Positions 25,165 through 33,294 of a DNA stretch of 42,153 bases are shown one piece after another. Positions within the stretch are counted from its first letter, which is position 1. The number at the start of each line of letters is the position of its first letter. The translations under genes were made by a program, and so were the position numbers. The notes under the pieces are model-generated. The model worked only from the letters and a program-made list of their open reading frames with translations. It searched no databases and was not told the DNA's origin. Source of the stretch: Rhodoferax sp. (GTDB taxonomy: Bacteria; Pseudomonadota; Gammaproteobacteria; Burkholderiales; Burkholderiaceae_C); NCBI GenBank assembly GCA_031411175.1, contig JANOAP010000081.1:1-42153 (forward strand). Reading direction: 5' to 3'.

Positions 25165-25403
25165 GGGGAGGTGTGATGTTTCGGGCAAGATGTCGGGCGA
25201 GTATAGGCAGCCTGCTTGTGGACACCGTGCGGCGTCGCGCATTGCGCCGGCAAGGGCGACGACGAAGGGGAGGAAATCCTTCGCCGGAGGTTGCGAAAAA
25301 TTTCAATTGCTGAAATATTGGGCAGCTAGAATAGTGCCGCTGGCCTTTGCGCCTTCCAAACCGTATTCTTCGTCTCCACACATTTCTCGACCACGCAGCC
25401 CGC

Positions 25404-26471
25404 ATGAACATCGGCCACTTCGCATTGGCGAACTCCCTGTTTGTCGCTCCCATGGCGGGTGTGACCGACCGGCCTTTTCGCCAGCTTTGCAAAGCGCTGG
25501 GTGCGGGCTATGCAGTGAGCGAAATGGTGACTTCCCGGCGTGATTTGTGGAATACCCTGAAAACCTCACGCCGGGCCAACCACGATGGCGAGCCGGGTCC
25601 CATTGCCGTGCAGATTGCGGGCACCGATGCGCAGATGATGGCCGATGCGGCCGCCTACAACATCGACCGTGGCGCGCAGATCATTGATATCAACATGGGC
25701 TGCCCGGCCAAGAAAGTCTGCAACAAATGGGCGGGTTCGGCGCTGATGCAGGATGAGGCATTGGCGTTGTCTATCATAGAAGCCGTGGTGGGGGCCTGCG
25801 AGCCACACAAAGTGCCGGTGACGCTGAAGATGCGCACGGGCTGGAGCCAGTCCAACAAAAACGCCTCACGCATTGCCTTGTCTGCCCAGGAGGCCGGTGT
25901 GCAGATGATTACGGTGCATGGCCGCACCCGGGAGCAGGGGTATGGCGGCCACGCTGAATACGACACCATCACGGCGGTCAAGGCGGCTCTGCGTATTCCC
26001 GTGGTAGCGAATGGCGACATCACCACCCCCGAGAAAGCGCGTGATGTGCTGATGCGCACCGGTGCCGACGCCGTGATGATTGGCCGCGCGGCACAGGGCA
26101 GGCCGTGGATATTCCGCGAGGTTGCCCATTTTCTGACCACGGGGACCCACCTTGCACCACCCCTGGTCGCTGACGTGAAGCGCCTGCTGGTGGACCACTT
26201 GCATGACCATTACGACCTGTATGGCGAGTTTCTGGGCGTGCGTTCGGCGCGCAAACATATTGGCTGGTACGTCAAGACCTTGCCAGGGGGCGAGGCGTTT
26301 CGTGCCCGCATGAACCTGCTGGAAGACTGCCGCGAACAGACCCAGGCAGTTGCTGATTTTTTTGATGAGTTGAGTGAGCGGATGGATCGGATTCCGGCTG
26401 CACAGGCCAACGAAAATAACGAGGAAGACATGAAAAACACAAGAAATGCGCAGGCACTGGAAGCAGCATGA
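25404..26471 (+). CDS. dusB: tRNA-dihydrouridine synthase B
   Basis: Trimmed to the ATG at 25404: MNIGHFALANSLFVAPMAGVTDRPFRQLC parallels E. coli DusB [29 protein letters not shown]. TIM-barrel motifs are present and there is an ATGA overlap with fis. Confidence 0.92.
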   Translation: MNIGHFALANSLFVAPMAGVTDRPFRQLCKALGAGYAVSEMVTSRRDLWNTLKTSRRANHDGEPGPIAVQIAGTDAQMMADAAAYNIDRGAQIIDINMGCPAKKVCNKWAGSALMQDEALALSIIEAVVGACEPHKVPVTLKMRTGWSQSNKNASRIALSAQEAGVQMITVHGRTREQGYGGHAEYDTITAVKAALRIPVVANGDITTPEKARDVLMRTGADAVMIGRAAQGRPWIFREVAHFLTTGTHLAPPLVADVKRLLVDHLHDHYDLYGEFLGVRSARKHIGWYVKTLPGGEAFRARMNLLEDCREQTQAVADFFDELSERMDRIPAAQANENNEEDMKNTRNAQALEAA

Positions 26472-26704
26472 GCAAGAAGCACATTGAAGAATGCGTGCGC
26501 ACCAGTCTTGAAGGCTATTTCAAGGACTTGCGTGGTACCGAGCCGGACGGCATGCACGAAATGATGGTCAAGGCGATCGAAAAGCCGCTGCTCGAAGTCG
26601 TGATGCAACACGCCGAAAACAACCAGTCCAAAGCCGCCCAGTGGTTGGGCTTGAATCGCAACACCTTACGCAAGAAGCTGGTGGAACACCGGTTGATCAA
26701 ATAA
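26468..26704 (+). CDS. fis: DNA-binding protein Fis
   Basis: 78 aa. C-terminal [28 protein letters not shown]. Conserved dusB-fis operon arrangement. Confidence 0.92.
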   Translation: MSKKHIEECVRTSLEGYFKDLRGTEPDGMHEMMVKAIEKPLLEVVMQHAENNQSKAAQWLGLNRNTLRKKLVEHRLIK

Positions 26705-26712
26705 TTTTTTTC

Positions 26713-28326
26713 ATGAATGCCACTGCCTTGAAACCATCCCTACTGACCGCCCTGATTTCCGTTTCAGACAAAACCGGCATTGTTGAATTCGCCAGGGAGC
26801 TGCATGCGCTGGGAGTCAAACTTTTGTCGACCGGCGGCACTGCAAAGCTCCTGTCTGAACAGGGTTTGCCAGTGACTGAAGTCGCCGAGCTCACCGGTTT
26901 TCCTGAAATGCTGGATGGGCGCGTCAAGACACTGCACCCCAAGGTGCATGGCGGGCTGCTGGCCCGGCGCGATATGCCCGAGCACATGGCTGCGCTGGCT
27001 GCACACGGCATCTCCACGATTGACCTGCTGATCGTCAACCTTTATCCGTTTGAATCAACCGTGGCCAAGCCCGGCTGCCTGCTTGCAGATGCGATTGAAA
27101 ACATCGACATTGGCGGCCCGGCCATGGTGCGCAGCGCGGCCAAAAACTGGAAGGATGTGGGCGTGTTGACAGATGCGTCCCAATATCCTGTGGTCTTGGA
27201 TGAGTTGAAGGCCAGTGGCAGGCTTGCCGACAAGACAAAGTTTGCACTGTCGGTGGCGGCTTTCAATCGCATCAGCCAGTACGACGGCGCTATTTCCGAT
27301 TACCTCTCCAGCATTCAGGAAGACGGCAGCCATGCCTTGTTTGCAGGCCAGACCAACGGGCGCTTCATCAAGCTGCAAGACCTGCGCTACGGTGAGAATC
27401 CGCACCAGAAAGCGGCGTTTTACCGTGACCTGTCTCCCGCCCCCGGCTCGCTGGTGACGGCCAAACAATTGCAGGGCAAGGAACTCAGCTACAACAACAT
27501 TGCCGATGCTGATGCGGCCTGGGAGTGCGTGAAGAGTTTCAACCCGGGCGTCGATGGCGCTGCCTGTGTCATCGTCAAGCACGCCAACCCCTGCGGCGTG
27601 GCATTGGGTGCTGACGCGCTGGGGGCTTACAGCAAGGCGTTCAAGACCGACCCCACCTCCGCCTTCGGCGGCATCATCGCGCTGAATTGCGCGCTGGATG
27701 AAGCGGCCGCCTTGCAAATTTCAAAGCAATTTGTCGAGGTATTGATGGCACCTGCCTTCACACCTGAAGCGCTGGCGGTGTTCAAGACCAAGGTGAATGT
27801 GCGTCTGCTGCAAATTGACCTGCCTTCCGGTGGCGCAAGCGCGTGGGCGCAAGGCCGCAATGCGGTTGATGTGAAGCGCATTGGCTCCGGCTTGTTAATG
27901 CAGACGGCAGACAACCATGAGCTGACGCTGGCTGATCTCAAAGTGGTCAGCACGGTTCAACCTACGCCTCAGCAGTTGCAGGACCTGCTGTTTGCCTGGA
28001 AGGTAGCCAAATATGTCAAGTCCAACGCCATTGTGTTCTGTGCCAATGGCATGACCATGGGCGTGGGTGCGGGTCAGATGAGTCGGCTGGACTCAGCCCG
28101 GATTGCGAGCATCAAGGCCCAGCATGCGGGCCTGTCTTTGGCCGGTACCGCAGTTGCCAGTGACGCATTCTTCCCGTTCAGGGATGGTCTGGATGTGGTG
28201 GTGGACGCTGGTGCAACGTGCGTGATTCAGCCCGGGGGCAGCATGCGCGATGAGGAAGTTATTGCCGCCGCCAATGAACGTGGTGTAGCCATGGTGTTTA
28301 GCGGCGTGCGCCACTTCAGGCACTGA
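26713..28326 (+). CDS. purH: Bifunctional AICAR formyltransferase / IMP cyclohydrolase PurH
   Basis: Trimmed to the ATG at 26713 ([47 protein letters not shown]). Has [12 protein letters not shown] and the C-terminus FSGVRHFRH. The ORF-track start at 26641 would overlap fis. Confidence 0.95.
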   Translation: MNATALKPSLLTALISVSDKTGIVEFARELHALGVKLLSTGGTAKLLSEQGLPVTEVAELTGFPEMLDGRVKTLHPKVHGGLLARRDMPEHMAALAAHGISTIDLLIVNLYPFESTVAKPGCLLADAIENIDIGGPAMVRSAAKNWKDVGVLTDASQYPVVLDELKASGRLADKTKFALSVAAFNRISQYDGAISDYLSSIQEDGSHALFAGQTNGRFIKLQDLRYGENPHQKAAFYRDLSPAPGSLVTAKQLQGKELSYNNIADADAAWECVKSFNPGVDGAACVIVKHANPCGVALGADALGAYSKAFKTDPTSAFGGIIALNCALDEAAALQISKQFVEVLMAPAFTPEALAVFKTKVNVRLLQIDLPSGGASAWAQGRNAVDVKRIGSGLLMQTADNHELTLADLKVVSTVQPTPQQLQDLLFAWKVAKYVKSNAIVFCANGMTMGVGAGQMSRLDSARIASIKAQHAGLSLAGTAVASDAFFPFRDGLDVVVDAGATCVIQPGGSMRDEEVIAAANERGVAMVFSGVRHFRH

Positions 28327-28397
28327 CCGTCATCCAAAAAAGCAGGCGACCCACACGGGATAAGACTTTACCGCTATATCTCTGGTAGCAAGCGTCG

Positions 28398-28425
28398 TGA
28401 TAAAAGGCGTAGATGCTAGTCGCCT
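28398..28425 (-). terminator. Weak hairpin plus U-tract at the end of the glycine-zipper gene
   Basis: Minus strand: AGGCG-actagcatcta-CGCCU followed by UUUUAUCA. It has a 5-bp stem only, and the TAG stop codon lies in the 5' arm. Confidence 0.3.
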
Positions 28426-29125
28426 AGCGCCAGTGCCTGTGGCCGTAGTTGCCGTTGGACCAGCCCAGATTCAGATTGACACCGATGGGAGGGTAGTAGG
28501 GGCGGGCATAGTAGGCCGGGTAGACCACCGTGGGCGCTACCGTCGCGATGTACACGGGCTGGATCACCGGCTGGGTGATGACCTGCTGCGAGATCACGGC
28601 CTGACCCTGATCGGGCTGAATGTAGGTGGTGTTGTTTGACACGGGCGGTTGGGGGGCACTCACCCCTACCGGCGTAATTTGCAGGCGGACAAATTGGCCC
28701 GGGTCATTGGGCATTTGCACCGAGTATTGCTTGCCTGCGTATTCATAAACCACGTTATACGCTGTGGTGCGGTTCTCATAGAAGGTTTGCGTGGTGCAGC
28801 TTTGCACGTTCTGGGTCTGGGTGGGGCCTTGCCCCTCAATGCGGTCGCCCAGGATGGCACCACCCACCAGACCAATCATGGTGGCGAGCGCGCGGCCTTC
28901 ACCACCACCCACCGCGTTGCCCATGGCCCCTCCCGCAATAGCCCCTATGACCGCGCCACCGCCCGACCTCTGGGATTGCACGGGAACAGCCTGAGTGGTA
29001 CAAACCTGCCGTGGCACGCCAGTCTGGCTGATGACGGGCGTACTGGAGATGACACGTCCCATTTCCTGAGCCCCGCAAAGGGCAGCGGTGCCTGAAAGAA
29101 CGGCCAGAAAAATGATCTTCTTCAT
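28424..29125 (-). CDS. Secreted glycine-zipper (Rick_17kDa_Anti / 2TM-type) protein with a Tyr/Pro/Val/Gln-rich C-terminal tail
   Basis: Trimmed to the ATG at 29123-29125 (MKKIIFLAVLSGTAALCGA signal). Glycine zipper GGGAVIGAIAGGAMGNAVGGGEGRALATMIGLVGGAILG. Low-complexity C-terminus QPVIQPVYIATVAPTVVYPAYYARPYYPPIG. Confidence 0.75.
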   Translation of the reverse strand: MKKIIFLAVLSGTAALCGAQEMGRVISSTPVISQTGVPRQVCTTQAVPVQSQRSGGGAVIGAIAGGAMGNAVGGGEGRALATMIGLVGGAILGDRIEGQGPTQTQNVQSCTTQTFYENRTTAYNVVYEYAGKQYSVQMPNDPGQFVRLQITPVGVSAPQPPVSNNTTYIQPDQGQAVISQQVITQPVIQPVYIATVAPTVVYPAYYARPYYPPIGVNLNLGWSNGNYGHRHWR

Positions 29126-29354
29126 AAAGTACTCCTTGTCGGTCAACAGGGGAATCTGCACCCAAGTGGATTCAGTTTAGCGCTGTACTCCCGCAATTTC
29201 AATGAATGCCCGGTAAAGCAGGGGTAACAATTTCACACATCTGCGCTTATCGTTGAAAGTGATCAAAATCGCTTGATCCCGATGATTTTTGGCCTAAAAA
29301 TTTAGGCTAAACGGCACTTTAACCAAGTGGAATGGGCTTGGAGAGCTATTAAAT

Positions 29355-30659
29355 TTATAGCGTCTTAAAAATGCTGCGGGCGATGTCCAGCGTTGCCGCA
29401 ATGTCTTCATCCGAGTGGGCGGCGCTTACAAACCCGGCTTCGTACAAGGCCGGCGCAATGTAGACGCCGTTGTCCAGCAACCCGTGAAACAGGCGATTGA
29501 ACCGGGGGCCATCAGTCTTCATCACCTGGCCGTAGTTCTGCGGCAAGGCATCCAGCAGGAAAAAGCCGAACATGCCTCCCTCGCTGTCACCGCAAAACGG
29601 CACGCCAGTCTCTTGCGCGGCGGTCTTGAGCCCTTTGACCAGAGATTGCGTCTTGCGCGAGAGGTTTTCAAAAAAACCCGGTTTCTGGATCTCCCGCAGG
29701 GTGGCCAGCCCGCAGGCCGTAGCCACGGGGTTGCCCGACAGCGTGCCAGCCTGGTACACCGGACCCAAAGGGGCCAATTGCTCCATCACCGCCCGTTTCG
29801 CCCCAAAGGCCGCCAGAGGCATGCCGCCACCAATGACTTTGCCCATGACGGTCATGTCCGGCTCAAAGCCAGGAATGTCACGGGCATACACGCTTTGGGC
29901 GCTGCCCAGTGCCACACGGCAGCCGGTCATGACCTCGTCAAACACTAGCAAGGCACCATGTTGCGTGCACAGTTCGCGGCAACGTTTCATGAACGGCACG
30001 GTGGCTCGCACGAAATTCATGTTGCCCGCAATCGGCTCGATCATGAGGCAGGCCAGCTCAGGGCCATGGAGCGAAAACGCCTCTTCAAGCTGCTCCAGGT
30101 TGTTGTACTCCAGCACCAGCGTGTGCTGCACGACCTCTGGCGGCACACCCGCGCTGGTCGGGTTGCCGAAGGTTGCCAGGCCGGACCCAGCCTTGACCAG
30201 AAGTGCGTCGGCATGGCCGTGGTAGCACCCTTCAAATTTGATGAGCTTGCTGCGCCCCGTCGCACCGCGGGCGAGGCGGATGGCGCTCATGGCAGCCTCT
30301 GTGCCAGAGCTCACCAGCCGCACCATGTCCATGCTGGGCACCAGCCGCAGGATTTCCTCGGCTAACTCGATCTCACGCTCCGTCGGCGCGCCGTAGGAAA
30401 AGCCTTCCAGCACCGCCTGCTGCACGGCCTGAACAACGGCGGGATGACCGTGACCCAGGATCATCGGCCCCCAGGAGCCGATGTAATCTATATAGCGTTT
30501 GTCCTCGGCGTCCCAGAACCAGGCCCCCTGCGCACGTTTGACGAACCGGGGTGTGCCGCCTACGGCTTTGAAGGCCCGCACGGGCGAGTTGACGCCGCCG
30601 GGAATCACGCGCCGGGCGCGGTCAAACAGAACTTGGTTGCGGTCAGTGTTTGGTGTCAT
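29355..30659 (-). CDS. hemL: Glutamate-1-semialdehyde 2,1-aminomutase
   Basis: 434 aa. Has [20 protein letters not shown] and a class-III aminotransferase PLP-Lys context ([15 protein letters not shown]). Confidence 0.95.
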   Translation of the reverse strand: MTPNTDRNQVLFDRARRVIPGGVNSPVRAFKAVGGTPRFVKRAQGAWFWDAEDKRYIDYIGSWGPMILGHGHPAVVQAVQQAVLEGFSYGAPTEREIELAEEILRLVPSMDMVRLVSSGTEAAMSAIRLARGATGRSKLIKFEGCYHGHADALLVKAGSGLATFGNPTSAGVPPEVVQHTLVLEYNNLEQLEEAFSLHGPELACLMIEPIAGNMNFVRATVPFMKRCRELCTQHGALLVFDEVMTGCRVALGSAQSVYARDIPGFEPDMTVMGKVIGGGMPLAAFGAKRAVMEQLAPLGPVYQAGTLSGNPVATACGLATLREIQKPGFFENLSRKTQSLVKGLKTAAQETGVPFCGDSEGGMFGFFLLDALPQNYGQVMKTDGPRFNRLFHGLLDNGVYIAPALYEAGFVSAAHSDEDIAATLDIARSIFKTL

Positions 30660-31581
30660 GGGCGGGCAGGTCGAATATCAGGTCAGAGGTCAGGCCGTCA
30701 TCGGCTGGGTCGGCGTCTTCATCGTCAGCATCAGGTTGGGCCCAGAAGAGCCGGTCAGGCACAACATGCCCCATGCCGGGCCGAAAGCCGCCGTCAAGGC
30801 AGCGATCCAGGTAACCCAGCGCTTCGGTGACAGCCTCGGGCAGCGCGGTGCCGCTGGCCAGCAAGGCTGCCAGGGCGGCTGACAGTGTGTCGCCAGCGCC
30901 GGAGAACACGGCTTCAAACCGCTCGAATTTTTCGCTGGCCATCACGGCCTGCGGCGACGCCAGCACGTTGTCAATGAACTGATCAGGCAGGGGAATGCCG
31001 GTGACCAGCGTGTAGGGCACGCCAAACTCCTGGGCTGCACGGGCGATATCGCGGGCTGTTGGGTTTTTGTCGCCACTCCAGTCCGGAAGCAACCAGCGCC
31101 ACAGGGTACTGTGGTTTCCTGCCAACACCGTGGTTTGCGGCAAAAGCAGTTCCTTGAAGGCATCCAGATAGGCGTCGATTTCGGCTTCGGTCCACCAGGA
31201 AAGATTGGGCATGTACGCGACCAGCGGGACATCGGCGTAGTCGGCGGCGATCTCGGCGATGGCACTGACGTTCTCGGGCGACCCCACAAATCCAACCTTG
31301 AAAACCTGGACAGGAACATCTTCCAGAATGATGCGGGCCTGCTCGCGGACCGCTTCATCGTCAAAGGCAAAGTGATCATGAATTTCCGCAGTGTCACGGG
31401 CGTAAGCACCGGTCACCACGGCCAGCGCGTGAGCGCCTACGGACGCCACAGCCGTGACATCGCCTGACAGTCCGCCGGAGCCACTGGGGTCGCTGGCATT
31501 GAACACCATGACGCACGCGGGCTGGCCATCATCGGATGATGTGGCATCGTCTGTGCCGGGTTGGGGTGAGATGAGAGACAT
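30643..31581 (-). CDS. Ribokinase-superfamily kinase, divergent ThiD/PdxK-like (hydroxymethylpyrimidine kinase homolog) with an acidic C-terminal tail
   Basis: [29 protein letters not shown] parallels ThiD [29 protein letters not shown]. The anion-hole motif is [15 protein letters not shown], where ThiD has HGTGCTLSAA. It overlaps the hemL start by 17 nt. Confidence 0.65.
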   Translation of the reverse strand: MSLISPQPGTDDATSSDDGQPACVMVFNASDPSGSGGLSGDVTAVASVGAHALAVVTGAYARDTAEIHDHFAFDDEAVREQARIILEDVPVQVFKVGFVGSPENVSAIAEIAADYADVPLVAYMPNLSWWTEAEIDAYLDAFKELLLPQTTVLAGNHSTLWRWLLPDWSGDKNPTARDIARAAQEFGVPYTLVTGIPLPDQFIDNVLASPQAVMASEKFERFEAVFSGAGDTLSAALAALLASGTALPEAVTEALGYLDRCLDGGFRPGMGHVVPDRLFWAQPDADDEDADPADDGLTSDLIFDLPAHDTKH

Positions 31582-31720
31582 CAGACAGGCCTGACGTTGT
31601 CATCAGGCAAAATATCAGGGGTTGAGTTGCTTTCAGCGTCAGTCATAACAACGGTTTTGACGTTTTCGCCAGCATCGCCTCTATACAATCGTTGCATTCT
31701 ATTCGAAGGCCCCTTAAGCT

Positions 31721-31894
31721 GTGCTTGATACTAAAACTTGGATGTGTCTGATTTGTGGGTGGATTTATGACGAAGTCGCGGGTGCGCCTGACCACGGCAT
31801 CGCGCCGGGTACGCCATGGGGCGATGTGCCAATGAACTGGACCTGTCCAGAGTGCGGTGCCCGCAAGGAAGATTTCGAGATGGTCCAGATCTGA
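31721..31894 (+). CDS. Rubredoxin
   Basis: Not in the ORF track because it is under 60 aa. Translation (V)LDTKTWMCLICGWIYDEVAGAPDHGIAPGTPWGDVPMNWTCPECGARKEDFEMVQI has CxxCG...CPxCG. The start is either the GTG at 31721 (just after an in-frame TAA) or the ATG at 31742. Confidence 0.88.
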   Translation: MLDTKTWMCLICGWIYDEVAGAPDHGIAPGTPWGDVPMNWTCPECGARKEDFEMVQI

Positions 31895-31956
31895 GATGTC
31901 CTGTTGAAAGTGTGCCGAATCTCCGTTGATCAATCCCAGCCCTGGAGCACTGTCTT

Positions 31957-32355
31957 GTGAGTACTACCGGATCAACCTTCAAAGTCCTGGTCATTGACGA
32001 CAGCAACACGATCCGGCGCAGCGCCGAGATTTTCCTCAAGCAGGGTGGGCACGAGGTGATGCTCGCGGAGGATGGGTTTGATGCTCTGGCGAAGGTGAAC
32101 GACTATCAACCCCATTTAATTTTCTGCGACATCCTGATGCCTCGTCTTGATGGCTATCAGACCTGCGCCATCATTAAACGCAACCTGAAATTTGCCACTG
32201 TGCCCGTGGTCATGCTGTCCTCCAAAGACGGTGTATTTGACAAGGCACGTGGACGCATGGTGGGGGCACAGGACTACTTGACCAAACCCTTTACCAAAGA
32301 TCAATTGTTGCAGGCGGTCCAGCAGTTTGGTGCTGCGCTGTCGGGAGGAGTCTGA
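31957..32355 (+). CDS. pilG: Twitching-motility chemosensory response regulator PilG (CheY-like)
   Basis: GTG start. KVLVIDDSNTIRRSAEIFLKQGGHEVMLAEDGFDALAKV...FCDILMPRLDGYQTCAIIK...VVMLSSKDGVFDKARGRMVGAQDYLTKPF is near-colinear with P. aeruginosa PilG. Confidence 0.9.
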   Translation: MSTTGSTFKVLVIDDSNTIRRSAEIFLKQGGHEVMLAEDGFDALAKVNDYQPHLIFCDILMPRLDGYQTCAIIKRNLKFATVPVVMLSSKDGVFDKARGRMVGAQDYLTKPFTKDQLLQAVQQFGAALSGGV

Positions 32356-32720
32356 TGTCAATTCAAAACGTGTTAGTCGTCGATGACTCGAAGACGGAGT
32401 TGATGTTCATGACGGACTTGCTTCAAAAGAGTGGTATGCATGTCAGAACTGCCGAGAGTGCAGAAGAGGCCTTTAAGCGTCTCGCAGAAGAAAAACCTGA
32501 CTTGATTCTGATGGATGTAGTGATGCCCGGGCAAAACGGATTCCAGCTCACCCGCTCGATCAATCGCACGCCTGAGTATTCAACTAGTCCCATCATCATG
32601 TGCACCAGCAAGAACCTCGAAACCGACAGGGTGTGGGCCATGCGCCAGGGCGCCCGCGACTACATCACCAAACCTGTCAATGCGGTCGAGTTGTTCGCCA
32701 AAATCAAAGCGCTTGGCTGA
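32355..32720 (+). CDS. pilH: Response regulator PilH (CheY-like)
   Basis: 121 aa single REC domain (VLVVDDSKTE...LILMDVVMPGQNGF...KP). It has a TGATG overlap with pilG and sits second in the pilGHIJ order. Confidence 0.85.
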   Translation: MSIQNVLVVDDSKTELMFMTDLLQKSGMHVRTAESAEEAFKRLAEEKPDLILMDVVMPGQNGFQLTRSINRTPEYSTSPIIMCTSKNLETDRVWAMRQGARDYITKPVNAVELFAKIKALG

Positions 32721-32742
32721 ACTGATCAAAACCGCATAGCCC

Positions 32743-33273
32743 ATGGTCAACCGCGTCGCTATCAGAGAGCTCCAAAACCGTCTGGCATCCCGACTGCTGG
32801 CCGCCCGGACTGAGGGTGTGTCAGTGTCCTGGTTGGCCGTGAAGGCCGGCGGAGGCAATTACCTTTTCCCCCTGGCTCAATCCGGTGAGATTTTCCCGCT
32901 GGCCAATCTGCAGCCAGTGCCCTACTGCCGCAGCTGGTTTTCGGGAGTCGTGAATTTGCGCGGCGGCCTGTTCGGCGTCGTTGATCTGGCCGGGTTCCTG
33001 GCACAGGGTCAAGCGCCGGCCCGGTCTGAGCTTTCGCTGTCCGAGGCGAGCGTGGTCACCTTGAATTCGGCACTGGAAGTCAATTGTGCGCTGATGGTGG
33101 ATAGCCTTGCAGGCCTTAGAAATGCCGAGGCCTTCGTCGCCTCTGAGCCGCCTGCACCCGACGCGCAAGTTTATTTTGGCAACCGTTATACCGATGCTGG
33201 TTCGCAGATGTGGCAGGAAATCAATCTTCAGGCTTTGTCCCTGTTCCCGCAGTTCCTGAGTATTAGTGCGTAA
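32743..33273 (+). CDS. pilI: CheW-like coupling protein PilI
   Basis: 176 aa CheW-domain pattern (YLFPLAQSGEIFPL...GVVNLRGGLFGVVDLAGFL), located between pilH and pilJ. Confidence 0.8.
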   Translation: MVNRVAIRELQNRLASRLLAARTEGVSVSWLAVKAGGGNYLFPLAQSGEIFPLANLQPVPYCRSWFSGVVNLRGGLFGVVDLAGFLAQGQAPARSELSLSEASVVTLNSALEVNCALMVDSLAGLRNAEAFVASEPPAPDAQVYFGNRYTDAGSQMWQEINLQALSLFPQFLSISA

Positions 33274-33294
33274 GTCAATCGTGAAGGCCTCATC

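Noticed and set aside
25165-25403. Fis autoregulatory sites or a sigma-70 promoter in the A/T-rich stretch gcgaaaaatttcaattgctgaaatattgggcagctagaat, upstream of dusB-fis.
   Set aside because: I could not place a 15-bp window satisfying the G...C ends of the Fis consensus, and the -35/-10 spacings (14 or 19 nt) are poor. The idea is suggestive but not supportable without a position weight matrix scan.
31582-31720. Looked for a TPP (THI-box) riboswitch upstream of the ThiD-like gene, in the 139-nt divergent spacer shared with rubredoxin.
   Set aside because: Neither strand contains the conserved CUGAGA or ACCUGAUCUGGAUAAUGCCAGCG-type cores. Only a 6-bp hairpin (GCCTGA-cgttgtca-TCAGGC at 31589-31608) next to the start codon is present. 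A TTGACG at 31657-31662 has TATACA/TACAAT candidates only at a 19-21 nt spacing, too long for a confident promoter call.
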